This document shows, piece by piece, positions 8,940 through 19,796 of a DNA stretch of 64,000 bases (within the stretch, counting starts at the first letter, position 1; the number at the start of each line of letters is the position of its first letter). Below the pieces are notes generated by a model. It had not been told where the DNA came from and ran no database searches. It saw nothing but the letters and a program-made list of their open reading frames with translations. The translations under genes were made by a program, and so were the position numbers. Origin of the DNA: a virus; IMG/VR virus record IMGVR_UViG_3300032242_003075, positions 1 through 64,000 of that record; one strand, written 5' to 3'.

Positions 8940-11900
8940 TAGATGAATTTGATTTTTATTTTAGGGACTAATTTAACTCCGGTGTTAGGTTTAATTAGCA
9001 CCGAACCTTCGACGATTCCCGATTTAGTATTATTTATTTTAACTGTTCTAACTAGAGTATAGCCTAGAGAAGCTAATGAAGGATACGCAACTTGAGTGAA
9101 TTGTACTAAGTTTCCCTGAATGGTTCTATCGTCCAGTTCATAGAAATCAAATGAATCTATTTGATATAGCTTAACTAGGTTAGATAAACAGTATTGGTAC
9201 AAATACTGTTCAAACGCTAAATCTCCCAAAATGTCAGAATCTTTGATTATTTGGGAGCCGTCAGAGTACCTAAAGAATTTTTGAAATTCCGCACGGAGCC
9301 CGTTATCTGATAAGAATTTAGCGATCAGGTCATAAGTATTTAACTTAAACCTTACTTCATTATTAAATGTTGAATGAACTAGATTCACATCACTAACAGT
9401 TGACGATAGGTAATCCTTATTTGAAAGTTCGCTTGAAGTAAAGGATTCGATTAATAAGTCAGTCGGCAAGTTTAAAAGTTTGGACACAAATGAATAATCT
9501 TCGGTGACTCTCTTGGTTCCAGCCACTCTAGTTGAAGCGTTCTTTGTTGAGTACTCAAAATGGTAATTATAATCCCAACTTGATGATAATGTGTTAAAGT
9601 TTGACCTATTAATTGGAGTTTCGTCAATTAGCGGATATACTGGAGAATAATTCTGACTATTTTCTAGGTCAAGAATTGAAGTTTTTGAGTATTTAACGTG
9701 TTCAAAATCCGGAATCGCGAAGAACTGATCAACGTTTGGATTAATGCATGAATTTGAACCGGTTAATGTTATATCATTTATTGAAAAATCGTACTTGTAT
9801 CCTGCAAGAGGCTTAACAATCACATCATACTCACCAGAGTACCTATTAACTTGGTATGGAGTCGTGCCGACTTCGTTTAAAGTGAATCCGGCAATTCCGT
9901 TGATCTGGCCTGATCTTACTAAATCCTGTGAAACTTCCACCATCGTGGACTTGTCTATTGTGTCAGCCTCGATTATTTCAATCGCAATTTTTTTACGAGA
10001 TGAAAGTATTCCTCCCGTGTAAGATTCCCAACTTATTATCGATTGATTTTTGTCCAATAGTTCGATGAACTTTGCGAATGATAAATTTTCAAACACCTTT
10101 GAGAAGTAATTTACTCCACCAAATACTTGAAATTGTTCAGAATTTGACCAAGTTGAAGTAGCTCCAGCCGGCACAGGTGAACCTGAATATGAGTACAAAC
10201 TAAATGGAGAAACTAATTTGAAACTGACTCCACTAGTTAATGGAGTAAGCTTAATCGTATCGTGTGTCGCTCCATCCACTCCGTCTGCCGTTTTGGAAGA
10301 ATTGCCAAGATCGTCGATGGTCAATGATGCTGAGCTAGTTTGAATTAGAACCTGACCAATTCCTCCTGAAATTACATAAATAGGCGCGAATTGAGTGCTA
10401 ACTTGATTAATTTCTGAGTTCGCAAATGAGTCGTATCCTTGAAGACCATTTAATCTAATTGAATTGGCAAATGAAGAACCTGTAAAGAATCCATTGGCTG
10501 AAAAATCAATTCCCCTAGATAATTTGATCGTTGAAAAAGCCTTGGCTTTATTATTGTACTTTTTATTCTTTGCATAATATAGAAAGGAGTGAGTTAAATT
10601 CGATACTCCAGAATCATCAAAGCTTATTCTGTAGTCGCCGGTGATTGATTCAAATAGGTTATACCTAAATAGTCTAACTTGAGTTATTAGATCATCATTA
10701 GTAGAATCTTCTTCGTCAATGTCAAAATTAACCGACCATCCAGTTTGATAAACACCATGTAGTAGTTCTTGACGGCTACCTATAACTAATTCAATTAGCA
10801 CAGTTATTGATTGCGAATCGGTGTTCTCAATGACTCTGTATTTAACAGGTTGAGTTATTTTTCCAGGAGTCTCAGCTACTGGCTTTAGAATAACGCTAAA
10901 TTTATAGTCTTTAAATCGATCTGTGTTTGGTAAAGGCTTTTGTGATTCGTCAAGTTCATAGAACCTAAACATTGCTCCTTTAAACACGGTCTCGTATTGT
11001 TTTGTGAATTCGTTTTTGTAAAGTTCAGAATATCGATATTGAGGCCTATCTACTTGCAAACCGTTTAGTTTAGGCACATACGTGAAGTACTGATCAAAAT
11101 ACGCGGAATCATTTATTAGAGAAGATACGCTTAAAGATTCATCGAAGTAGCAATAATTTTTTCTAATTAAGTTGATGTCCTTTACGTAATCAAATTTAGA
11201 TTCAATGTAAAACCACTCATGAGTCATTTTCTCAGGAGTAGGTGAAGTTTCCCTATGTGATGGTCCAAAATTATCCTTTCCGAATAAAATGTCAGTGTTT
11301 AATCGATACGGATTGCCACGTGAGTCCAATGAATTGATTAGTCCCCATTTATTGATGTATGGAACTACTCTGCCATCTGAAGCAAAATCCTTAACAAAAT
11401 TCTCCAAGTAAACTTGGTATTCGCTTGAAACGTTCCCGTATGAGTACTTATCACGATACGGATATGTGATTCCGGTCTTATCCGGTGCAGCATGTTCCGC
11501 CTTTATTGTAAAAGGCCCAACGTAATTCACAGAATCTCCACTTTCATCATAGTAACCAACATCGATTCTATCAGGTTGAGAAGAATCATTTGGATCGTCA
11601 GTTGATCCAGGGTATTTTCTTGAAATTATAAGTATTGCATCTCCATTAACTATTGAGTACTTTGAAGGTATTTCAGTATTTTGCCAAACTAATTTTCTGG
11701 CACCGGATGCTGCAACATCAGATGATGCATACAGCTTACCATTTACGGAAATATCTCCAGAACCTATGATTTGATAGGAATACTTTGTGAAGTCTAAAAC
11801 GGAAGTCTCAGCTGGAATATAAAAATCCTTAACTAGGTCAAGAGTTAAGGTTCTAACGTAATCGCTCGTGTACGTTGAGAAATTAAAATCCTTGGTTTCA

Positions 11901-13921
11901 AATATTGAAAGTACGCCAACTGATGGGCTGTATAGCTGCCTGATCTCTACCTTATCATGATCAATTGACACTATTTCATTATCAGTTAACATTAAAACAG
12001 CTAATGAATTAAAATTTGAAATCGCAGAATTTTGATCCGGGTCTGATAATTTAGGTCGAATTAGATCAGTTGAGTGACTAACTCTGCTCACCTGTGACCA
12101 ATTAGTATTTGTTCTAACTACTATGTCTGAAATTGCAGGTAGCTTAGAAATATTACCGCTATCGATTAGTGGATGTGGAGTCGATAAGAAACCACCGTCC
12201 GCGTAAACAACCTCGTTAGTTATTAAGTTATTCAACTTGAACTTTGGAGTTGAAGAGCTAGCCTCTAATGACTTGATTTTAAGCTCCCCGTAAGTATCAC
12301 CAAGTTTAATTACTTGTAGGAATGCTAAATTTTTCATTCTTACTCCCATTATCGAAGCATTTTCAAACCTGGCAGAAATATCGCAGATCGCTTGAGCGAT
12401 CTCAAATAATGACTTATCGGAATTGATGTATATGACCGATTCTGATGAAGCATAATTCAATATGTAAGATTCTCCTTGAGTAAATATTGGAGGAGCTGAA
12501 AACGTTGATGAATACGAATCTGACACAAATACTAAATCATCGTATCGATTATGAGAATCTAAAGAATCCGTATGAGATCCGCTTGGATGATAGATCCTTA
12601 ATGCATCTAGATGCTGAGGAGCCGCTAATACTTCGATCGAAACAGTCGATCTTGTGTCAACCTTTGAAATTGAGTTAATTACTTCTTGGGTTATTAGAGT
12701 CGAAGGCCCGAAAGTTTGGCCTACGTCAAACGATGTATCATCTAACGAAAATTTAACGTTTGATCCGATCTGATTCCATGAGTTTGGTCTAATTAAGTGA
12801 ATGTTTTGGTCCTTTGTTTTTAAGTAAGGAAAAAACAGATGATCACCATCGGTTCGGTTTAATGATATGTCGGTTAGAGATGACGATAGATCCTTTCCAC
12901 GTAATTGGATTCCATTAGGGTTAGTTAAACTAAATGAAATATCATCAGACTGTTGGTATCTTGCAGGTAAAGGCTGATCATTGTCCAAGCTTCCGTCCAC
13001 GTACATGGCATCAATGTCAATCTTAAAGTTGGCAAGATCAATGTCATTACAGTAGAAACCGAAATATCTATTGAATTCATAGGGCTGTGAAGTATCATCG
13101 TTAAATAAGAATTCCATATTTAGAATTCTAGGATGGACGATACCGTTTCTTTCAAACCCTAGCGTTATGAACTGCTCTAATTTTAGCTGAGGTAATGCCC
13201 TGCTAAAAATTGTGCTGTGTAATTCCGGTATCTCGACGTAAGTCCCTGAGGATATTGAGGTACCTCTATACAAAGAATAACCGTTTGGTTGATAATTCAC
13301 ATACAATGGACTCTCAGTAAACATCGGCCCGCTAACTATATTATTAATGTACCGGCCTATGTTTGACGAACTAGATAGGTCAAATACCTTAACTACCATC
13401 GCATTCTCAAATAAAGAGGTTGCAAAGTCTTGAATGGATACATTCGGGATGGTATCTCTACCTACGCCAGCTGAATAATTTGAAGCTCCAGGAATTTTGA
13501 ATATGACGAATTTAGTAGGAAGTATCTTATCTAGGTACAACGGCGCGAAGTAGGCGAATTTTTCAGAATACTGCTTACTTGACAAGTATTTTGCACCGCT
13601 GGTGTAAAGATCAAAATCGTATTGATCCTTTAGGTCCTTGGCAACTGCGTTTTTTCCAATTGTAGAGCCAACCGAGTATGCAATAGAGGTTGGAGTTCTT
13701 CCGTTATCGTAGAATTTGTGAACGTTAATTTCATGGTTAGACGATGCATCTATCGGAAATCGTTTGTACTTTTGATTAGCAAGCTGTTCATTCGCTTCGA
13801 TTGAATTAAACCATAAACCGTTACTTGAATCCAAGGTCAACTTTAAATTAGTGGTTAACTTTGGATTGGTTCTAAGTAATTGAAAACTTGCGGTCCTTTC
13901 GGTTAATTTTTGATATGTCAT
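8939..13921 (-). CDS. Large virion structural protein (baseplate/tail region)
   Basis: 1660-aa ORF in the late minus-strand operon, stop/start overlap with the fibre gene; no enzyme motifs. Confidence 0.55.
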   Translation of the reverse strand: MTYQKLTERTASFQLLRTNPKLTTNLKLTLDSSNGLWFNSIEANEQLANQKYKRFPIDASSNHEINVHKFYDNGRTPTSIAYSVGSTIGKNAVAKDLKDQYDFDLYTSGAKYLSSKQYSEKFAYFAPLYLDKILPTKFVIFKIPGASNYSAGVGRDTIPNVSIQDFATSLFENAMVVKVFDLSSSSNIGRYINNIVSGPMFTESPLYVNYQPNGYSLYRGTSISSGTYVEIPELHSTIFSRALPQLKLEQFITLGFERNGIVHPRILNMEFLFNDDTSQPYEFNRYFGFYCNDIDLANFKIDIDAMYVDGSLDNDQPLPARYQQSDDISFSLTNPNGIQLRGKDLSSSLTDISLNRTDGDHLFFPYLKTKDQNIHLIRPNSWNQIGSNVKFSLDDTSFDVGQTFGPSTLITQEVINSISKVDTRSTVSIEVLAAPQHLDALRIYHPSGSHTDSLDSHNRYDDLVFVSDSYSSTFSAPPIFTQGESYILNYASSESVIYINSDKSLFEIAQAICDISARFENASIMGVRMKNLAFLQVIKLGDTYGELKIKSLEASSSTPKFKLNNLITNEVVYADGGFLSTPHPLIDSGNISKLPAISDIVVRTNTNWSQVSRVSHSTDLIRPKLSDPDQNSAISNFNSLAVLMLTDNEIVSIDHDKVEIRQLYSPSVGVLSIFETKDFNFSTYTSDYVRTLTLDLVKDFYIPAETSVLDFTKYSYQIIGSGDISVNGKLYASSDVAASGARKLVWQNTEIPSKYSIVNGDAILIISRKYPGSTDDPNDSSQPDRIDVGYYDESGDSVNYVGPFTIKAEHAAPDKTGITYPYRDKYSYGNVSSEYQVYLENFVKDFASDGRVVPYINKWGLINSLDSRGNPYRLNTDILFGKDNFGPSHRETSPTPEKMTHEWFYIESKFDYVKDINLIRKNYCYFDESLSVSSLINDSAYFDQYFTYVPKLNGLQVDRPQYRYSELYKNEFTKQYETVFKGAMFRFYELDESQKPLPNTDRFKDYKFSVILKPVAETPGKITQPVKYRVIENTDSQSITVLIELVIGSRQELLHGVYQTGWSVNFDIDEEDSTNDDLITQVRLFRYNLFESITGDYRISFDDSGVSNLTHSFLYYAKNKKYNNKAKAFSTIKLSRGIDFSANGFFTGSSFANSIRLNGLQGYDSFANSEINQVSTQFAPIYVISGGIGQVLIQTSSASLTIDDLGNSSKTADGVDGATHDTIKLTPLTSGVSFKLVSPFSLYSYSGSPVPAGATSTWSNSEQFQVFGGVNYFSKVFENLSFAKFIELLDKNQSIISWESYTGGILSSRKKIAIEIIEADTIDKSTMVEVSQDLVRSGQINGIAGFTLNEVGTTPYQVNRYSGEYDVIVKPLAGYKYDFSINDITLTGSNSCINPNVDQFFAIPDFEHVKYSKTSILDLENSQNYSPVYPLIDETPINRSNFNTLSSSWDYNYHFEYSTKNASTRVAGTKRVTEDYSFVSKLLNLPTDLLIESFTSSELSNKDYLSSTVSDVNLVHSTFNNEVRFKLNTYDLIAKFLSDNGLRAEFQKFFRYSDGSQIIKDSDILGDLAFEQYLYQYCLSNLVKLYQIDSFDFYELDDRTIQGNLVQFTQVAYPSLASLGYTLVRTVKINNTKSGIVEGSVLIKPNTGVKLVPKIKIKFI

Positions 13922-13933
13922 CTTCTTTTAATT

Positions 13934-16900
13934 TTATGCACCTATTGTAGAACTTAAAGAAACCGAAGAAGTTCCTAGCGAGCTAATTGGCGCGATTACG
14001 GCTGTGTCCTTTTCGTATTGGGCACTAACAGTTACGTCGAATGAAAACGCGGCGTCAGATGTATAAATGTCAATTCCAATAGTCTTAGCATATTTGATAT
14101 TCTTTAGCCCGGTTGTATTACTTGATCTCCAACCTCCAATGTATCCCAATTTATCCGATGCACGGAATTGGAAGATTAAAGGAACTTTAATAGCTGCGTC
14201 TACTCCGTATGGTAATTGTTTATAAGATCCAGCAGGGCTTAAACCTTCAACTGATATTGTACCGTAAGACGTTGGAGAAATTGATAAATATGCACCGCAT
14301 GTGAATTTACCTATTAACCATTCATCGTTTGGCTTAAACGAATTTTTGATAGGATAACGATTCTCTCTCATGTTAGGACTAGTACTATCTGATCCCAATG
14401 TGAATGTTGCTGGCTTCACGTATTCTGCTTGTTGGTTGTACTTTGCACCAAAAACGTTAGTGTTCTCGCCTTGTGCTATTTCAAAATGTATTCCATGACT
14501 AAATGGTAAGTACTTTTGGTTAGTGTCAGTGGTTAAGTACGCGGGTCTAGCAATGTTGTATGGGGTTGCATTCCAAACTAATTTAATGTCTGGATGATCC
14601 TTATGAATGCAAAATTCGGTAAGTAACCCTCCACCAATTGGTGTACTTGTTCCATCTAAATTACCGTTCCACACGTTTGAGTTGGTAGAAGGGGTGTAAC
14701 TAACACCTGTCGGCCAAGGATTTGAACCTCCAATCGTTAAAGTAGGATCGAACGGTACGTAATGACCTGACACGTAAGGAATTAGAGTAGATGAAATGGT
14801 TATTCCCTGGTAATTATAGTTCCCGGTAGTATCGGAGTACACTTGGAGACCTCTATTATCACCGCTATACAAATTACTAGCTAGTGTAACATTCTTAAAT
14901 CTAGAGTAGATGAATTGGCTCTTAACTTGAGATGATTGGTATCCGTCAGTTTGAGCAAAACTACCTATTTCTGGAGTTGAATTTGAATTTATTGTGATAG
15001 GGGCAACATCGTATCTTAAATTAACATGATAGTTACTTGTAGGATACGCCATTGAACTGGAAGCCGTCGCAGCTTCACCCGAACCTCCATTTAAAGTTGA
15101 AATTAGCTGTAACGGGGTCTGTGATGTATTTTGGATTTGAATTAAGTACTGAGCTGCAATTACCTTACCGTGATTGTATGCTACTGGAGTTACGCTCGTA
15201 TCCTTAATAGCATCCTTATAGTAACCTGCAAATAACGATAGAGATTGTCCGTTATTAATGCTAAGTTGATTGCCTGCTTGATCAATGATCGATACTGAGA
15301 TTGCACCCTTACCTGTGGTTAAAGAAGTTTGAATCGCATTAATTGCATCGGACACGCTCTTCAATTTAGTGTACAGGTCAACGATGTTACCGTCTGTTGC
15401 AAAGAATCCGCTAGCAATGTCCTCAGCCTTATGCGCAAAGTACTTATCCCTAGTCGTGAATGATGTGCTAAGGTGAGTGTCTAGTCCCTTTGAATTTAGC
15501 TCATCCTGAAAGGTTATTCTAGATTCATCGGCAAATGCCTGTTGTGAAACGACGGTTGCGTCCTCAGTCGTTGCAATGGATGCCGGAAATTCAACTAATA
15601 TTGAACTTGACCATTCAGACTCAATTGGAGATTCTGGCCAGCCGGCTTCTGATAAGCTTTTGATTCTAATTTCAATGACTTCGCCCTTTTTTATCGGAAT
15701 GTCAAGCTGATTTGAATTAACAATGTTCGGATCCGATACGGTTTCATCGGCCCATTCATAAAACCCAGTTTTATCGTTATATTTTTTAGCTCTAGCCTTG
15801 GTCAAGTACTCCGTCCATGGAGAAAAAGCTCCGGTTATGCGAGTTCCCTTAGAATCAACGAATTCTATTTGGTCGGCCGGTTTTGAACTTCCAGTTTTAC
15901 TTAGAGTTCGGTAAGAAACCTTAAATTGAATTACTTGCTGAGTTCCATGCAAAGTTTGAATCGGTTCCGGTATTGCCCAAAATCCTCTAACGTGATACGT
16001 TGGATTTGTCACAAAACTTGGAGTTGACTTGATCGAAGTTGTTATGTCCGACACTAAACTTTTTTGTGTATTAGTTAAGGTTAACCTAGTGTCAGCAAAC
16101 GTCTTTAAATCCTTTTGTAACTTTAACTTTTGAGATTCATTAAGAGAAGCATTCGTGTTTAAATTAGCACGAGTGTCTGTTATTTGCTTATCAATCTCTC
16201 GAATCTGAGCAGAGGCTTGTTCCTTAGCTGAGATCTTTTGCTTTATGTCAAGGGTATTATCTGCGTCCTGAATGTGAGAATCAACTTGAACAACTTTAAA
16301 ATTAGCTGAATTTAATGAGACCCGATTTGGAGTTTCACCTAACGATGCAGGTAATTTCTTGTCCTTTGCATAATTGGTGAACATTAGTCCAAAATCGGAA
16401 ACGAATGTCTGATAAAATTGAGTAAACGACATCTGTTTACCGTTATTCAGGGTTATGGTAAGGTCATTTGTGAATATTGCAAAACCTTGTGAAAGTTTAT
16501 CGGTTGTTATTCCAAGTCTTTCACTAATAGGCTTTAGGAAAATTACAAGTCTCTCATTATATCCGACGTTTAATTGAACTTGATTAGTTCTCAGCACCGC
16601 AGGTTTAATTCTTAATTGACCAGATCCCTGTGAAAGTCCGCCGGTTCCAAAAATCAATGTTAAAATTACGGTTTTATTAGCGGTGTCAATTGAACTAATT
16701 GAGTACTCTGTATTATCTGGAGTTAGAAGAATATCTCCGACCTTTAGTGATTTTTCGATTGAGTTGGCTGCATTAATGCTAGTGTAAGTGATCTTGTTTA
16801 ACTTGTACTTACGAATTGTATTAGTTAATGTCTGACCTCCTATTATTTCAGATTGAGAATCTTCTAATATGTTTAAAATATCAAATGTTCCCCTGGCTGT

Positions 16901-17539
16901 ATTTACTGCCGGTGGAATCGCTAAGGAAGTTGTGTCTTCAAAGTACTGTATTCCACGATTCTGTAGATCTTTGATTACTGAGGCGTAATCAAGGTTATTC
17001 TTGCCCTTGTAAGCAGTGTCAAAGTAGTCCAAGTCGGTCTGAATCTTGGAAGTAATGATGATTCTTCGTGCCTCAAATTTATTAACGTCAGGATCTGAAG
17101 AAATAGTTGAAGTGTCAAGATTAACGTATAGTAATGGATTTAAGAATGATTCGAAGAACCAATTGGTCTTATAGTTAAAATCAGCCGGAACTGCTAGCCC
17201 GGTAGAATTGATCTTTTCAAGGTCTGAAACTACTGCGGACATGTCCTTTAACTCAAAGGTTCTCAGGTTTCCGTTAGCATCTTTAACTCCAAGCCTATTG
17301 GCGTTTCCACCAAGTAAATCATTGAACTTCTTATCAATGTTGTTTATTCTATTGCTTAGGTACCCAAACGAAGGTACTAAATAAGTAGTGACGGTTCCGT
17401 CCTGGGCAGTCTGATTTATGTTAACTGAATCCGATGACGTTGATAGTACTTGAGATAATTTTAGTAGGAACTCTTGTAGGTTGTTAACGTCAACTCCAAG
17501 TTCAGCTAGGTAATCCGTTAATGATGAGTGAGTTTGCAT
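13934..17539 (-). CDS. Virion structural protein with central coiled coil
   Basis: 1201-aa ORF; heptad-like segment IKQKISAKEQASAQIREIDKQITDTRANL; structural operon context. Confidence 0.55.
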   Translation of the reverse strand: MQTHSSLTDYLAELGVDVNNLQEFLLKLSQVLSTSSDSVNINQTAQDGTVTTYLVPSFGYLSNRINNIDKKFNDLLGGNANRLGVKDANGNLRTFELKDMSAVVSDLEKINSTGLAVPADFNYKTNWFFESFLNPLLYVNLDTSTISSDPDVNKFEARRIIITSKIQTDLDYFDTAYKGKNNLDYASVIKDLQNRGIQYFEDTTSLAIPPAVNTARGTFDILNILEDSQSEIIGGQTLTNTIRKYKLNKITYTSINAANSIEKSLKVGDILLTPDNTEYSISSIDTANKTVILTLIFGTGGLSQGSGQLRIKPAVLRTNQVQLNVGYNERLVIFLKPISERLGITTDKLSQGFAIFTNDLTITLNNGKQMSFTQFYQTFVSDFGLMFTNYAKDKKLPASLGETPNRVSLNSANFKVVQVDSHIQDADNTLDIKQKISAKEQASAQIREIDKQITDTRANLNTNASLNESQKLKLQKDLKTFADTRLTLTNTQKSLVSDITTSIKSTPSFVTNPTYHVRGFWAIPEPIQTLHGTQQVIQFKVSYRTLSKTGSSKPADQIEFVDSKGTRITGAFSPWTEYLTKARAKKYNDKTGFYEWADETVSDPNIVNSNQLDIPIKKGEVIEIRIKSLSEAGWPESPIESEWSSSILVEFPASIATTEDATVVSQQAFADESRITFQDELNSKGLDTHLSTSFTTRDKYFAHKAEDIASGFFATDGNIVDLYTKLKSVSDAINAIQTSLTTGKGAISVSIIDQAGNQLSINNGQSLSLFAGYYKDAIKDTSVTPVAYNHGKVIAAQYLIQIQNTSQTPLQLISTLNGGSGEAATASSSMAYPTSNYHVNLRYDVAPITINSNSTPEIGSFAQTDGYQSSQVKSQFIYSRFKNVTLASNLYSGDNRGLQVYSDTTGNYNYQGITISSTLIPYVSGHYVPFDPTLTIGGSNPWPTGVSYTPSTNSNVWNGNLDGTSTPIGGGLLTEFCIHKDHPDIKLVWNATPYNIARPAYLTTDTNQKYLPFSHGIHFEIAQGENTNVFGAKYNQQAEYVKPATFTLGSDSTSPNMRENRYPIKNSFKPNDEWLIGKFTCGAYLSISPTSYGTISVEGLSPAGSYKQLPYGVDAAIKVPLIFQFRASDKLGYIGGWRSSNTTGLKNIKYAKTIGIDIYTSDAAFSFDVTVSAQYEKDTAVIAPISSLGTSSVSLSSTIGA

Positions 17540-17543
17540 TTAG

Positions 17544-19772
17544 TTATCTTAGTATTTTATCGACTGTGAACGTTAAAGTTTTTGAATCCGTACAAACGAT
17601 ATCGATTATCGGTTGGCCAGTTCTACCGAACGTAGTTGGAAAATCTACAGCCGATAGATTAACCATTGATATTGAATACGGGGCGATTGAATTTGTGATG
17701 TTTTGAGCATCAGTTTTAACAAATATATTATACGAACCCGGTATTACTTGAGAATCGAAAACAAGCCTTAATATTTGGCCGGTCTTCCAGTTATTTGTAG
17801 TATCGTTAATCGCTAGGATAACGTCGCTAGTTAAAGTCCACGGAATTGGCGAACCTGATCCGTTAACCCTAAGATGTCTTACTTGGGTTCCACCGTAACC
17901 TAAAGAAACCGTTTTAATTCCGCTGGAATTTGAGCTTATGTCAACGGGTACTGTCGTTTGGTATGCCTGAACGTCAGCAGAGAAAATCACCTGACCTGGA
18001 GTATTTTTGTCCAGGCTCATGCCGGTTCCCTGTCTAAATGAATCCGTTAAAAAGCTTACTTGCAGAGAAGTATTGCCCTTTAATAATTGGTCAATTCGAT
18101 CGTTCGTGTTATCGATTAACTTCATTATTGAAGTTGCTTCTGAGAATGCAGCGGTCGATACGGAAACTGTAGTTTCTAAGGAAGAAATTCGCTTAGCTAA
18201 GCTTGAAAGTGCGGTTGTATTTAATAGAGCATCCTTTGCTAATTCAACGTCGGTCGCTAAATTTTGAAGTTCAAGTATTTTATCATTAAACTTGGTCTGT
18301 AGCAGTCTCATTTGGGTTAGGACATCCGTGAACAGGTCAAGGGAAAACGTATTATAATCGTTTATCGATCGCTCAACTGTAACGTCCTCAATTGAGGTAT
18401 CAAATTTGAAATTTACCTTAAATGCAAATGAGTTTCCGTTAGTCTTGTTAATTACGTCCGGCTTTTTCTTAGATATGATCGGTATTATGAACTCGCTACC
18501 GGATTGAACGACCTTATTTAAGAAATAAATTCCATATAGGTTAGTCGCGCTAGCAGGTTCTCCTCCATTGGAAGTTCCAGTTGGATCATAAACATCGTAA
18601 TAGATTAAAACTGCATTGAACTCAAAATCAGAATTTGAATAGCTATCGTTTAATTGAGCTAGAGATTTTATGTTAGTATTCTCGGCAGCAATCTTATAGT
18701 GATTTAGGTCAAAATCAATCACTGCACCATCAAGGGTTGATCTAACGTATTCTACCGTTCGTGTTCCCGTAACTGGATCAACGTATGATTTATGAATTCG
18801 TTGATTCTTAATTGTTGACGAGCTTACCCCATGAGGAGTTCCAAAGAAAGCAGCTTGGTCCGTGTAGTACGAATTTTGAATTGATGATGGACCCCACCAA
18901 AATCCAACTCCCTGGCCTGAACCTGTCGTGTAAGGTGAAGTTATGCTCGACCAATTAATTACGCCGGACGTAGTGTCAGAAAGTTTGGTGACGACTGAAT
19001 CAGCATCAAGATCGTAAAACGCCTGTAGTGACATTCCGGAATAAGGATGAGTATCGTAGTAGTGTCTGCCGTTTAAGTATTCTAGGTCAAGAGGATCGCC
19101 TGGGGTGTTTACGACCAGCGTAGCCGGACCGTAATTATCATCAGGAACTGAATTAAATAGAACAGTTGGCGATGATCCGACGTTTGTTGGAACGTGAATG
19201 TAAATTTCGCTATACGAATTTTGATTATTCTGTACAGTGTTAACAACGTCAATGTCTCCAATGTACTTAACCACTCGATTATAGGAACTAATTGATGGAT
19301 CTGCAAAATCCTCAGCCCAACGATTTTCCCCAGCTGGCAAGGTCGGAATGACTTCAAGCGAAGTAGCGTTCCTCCAGCGAATCGCACCAAGTTCCTTTAG
19401 CCATTTCCAAAAAACTCTTTCGGAAACGTTTAGTTTTTTTTCTCTTTTATAAGTATCTTGAGAAATTAATAAGCTTTCCAGGTTTAGGGCGTAGTTCTGG
19501 AAACTATTAGCAAGGTTTAAATTCTGGTTAGTTGAAACGTTTGCAATTAATGGAGTTTCACCAAGAGCTAGGAATTGGACCTTGTTATCGGTGTAATTAA
19601 CCGTGTCGGTCGGAATTCCAATTTCAGGAATGCGAAGCAGAGCGAACTTTGAAAACTTAAACTTGTTTGAATTATTACTAAAGGTCAAGCTAAGATCTTC
19701 AATCGAACTTTGGAATGTGTAGAACATTCCCTTTTGAGTCTGTATCGGTTTTATTAATGGTGCAACTGCCAT
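17544..19772 (-). CDS. Virion structural protein
   Basis: 742-aa ORF with a coiled-coil segment then a beta-rich C-terminus; structural operon context. Confidence 0.55.
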   Translation of the reverse strand: MAVAPLIKPIQTQKGMFYTFQSSIEDLSLTFSNNSNKFKFSKFALLRIPEIGIPTDTVNYTDNKVQFLALGETPLIANVSTNQNLNLANSFQNYALNLESLLISQDTYKREKKLNVSERVFWKWLKELGAIRWRNATSLEVIPTLPAGENRWAEDFADPSISSYNRVVKYIGDIDVVNTVQNNQNSYSEIYIHVPTNVGSSPTVLFNSVPDDNYGPATLVVNTPGDPLDLEYLNGRHYYDTHPYSGMSLQAFYDLDADSVVTKLSDTTSGVINWSSITSPYTTGSGQGVGFWWGPSSIQNSYYTDQAAFFGTPHGVSSSTIKNQRIHKSYVDPVTGTRTVEYVRSTLDGAVIDFDLNHYKIAAENTNIKSLAQLNDSYSNSDFEFNAVLIYYDVYDPTGTSNGGEPASATNLYGIYFLNKVVQSGSEFIIPIISKKKPDVINKTNGNSFAFKVNFKFDTSIEDVTVERSINDYNTFSLDLFTDVLTQMRLLQTKFNDKILELQNLATDVELAKDALLNTTALSSLAKRISSLETTVSVSTAAFSEATSIMKLIDNTNDRIDQLLKGNTSLQVSFLTDSFRQGTGMSLDKNTPGQVIFSADVQAYQTTVPVDISSNSSGIKTVSLGYGGTQVRHLRVNGSGSPIPWTLTSDVILAINDTTNNWKTGQILRLVFDSQVIPGSYNIFVKTDAQNITNSIAPYSISMVNLSAVDFPTTFGRTGQPIIDIVCTDSKTLTFTVDKILR

Positions 19773-19796
19773 GAGTTAGGTTTAATTTGGTTATAT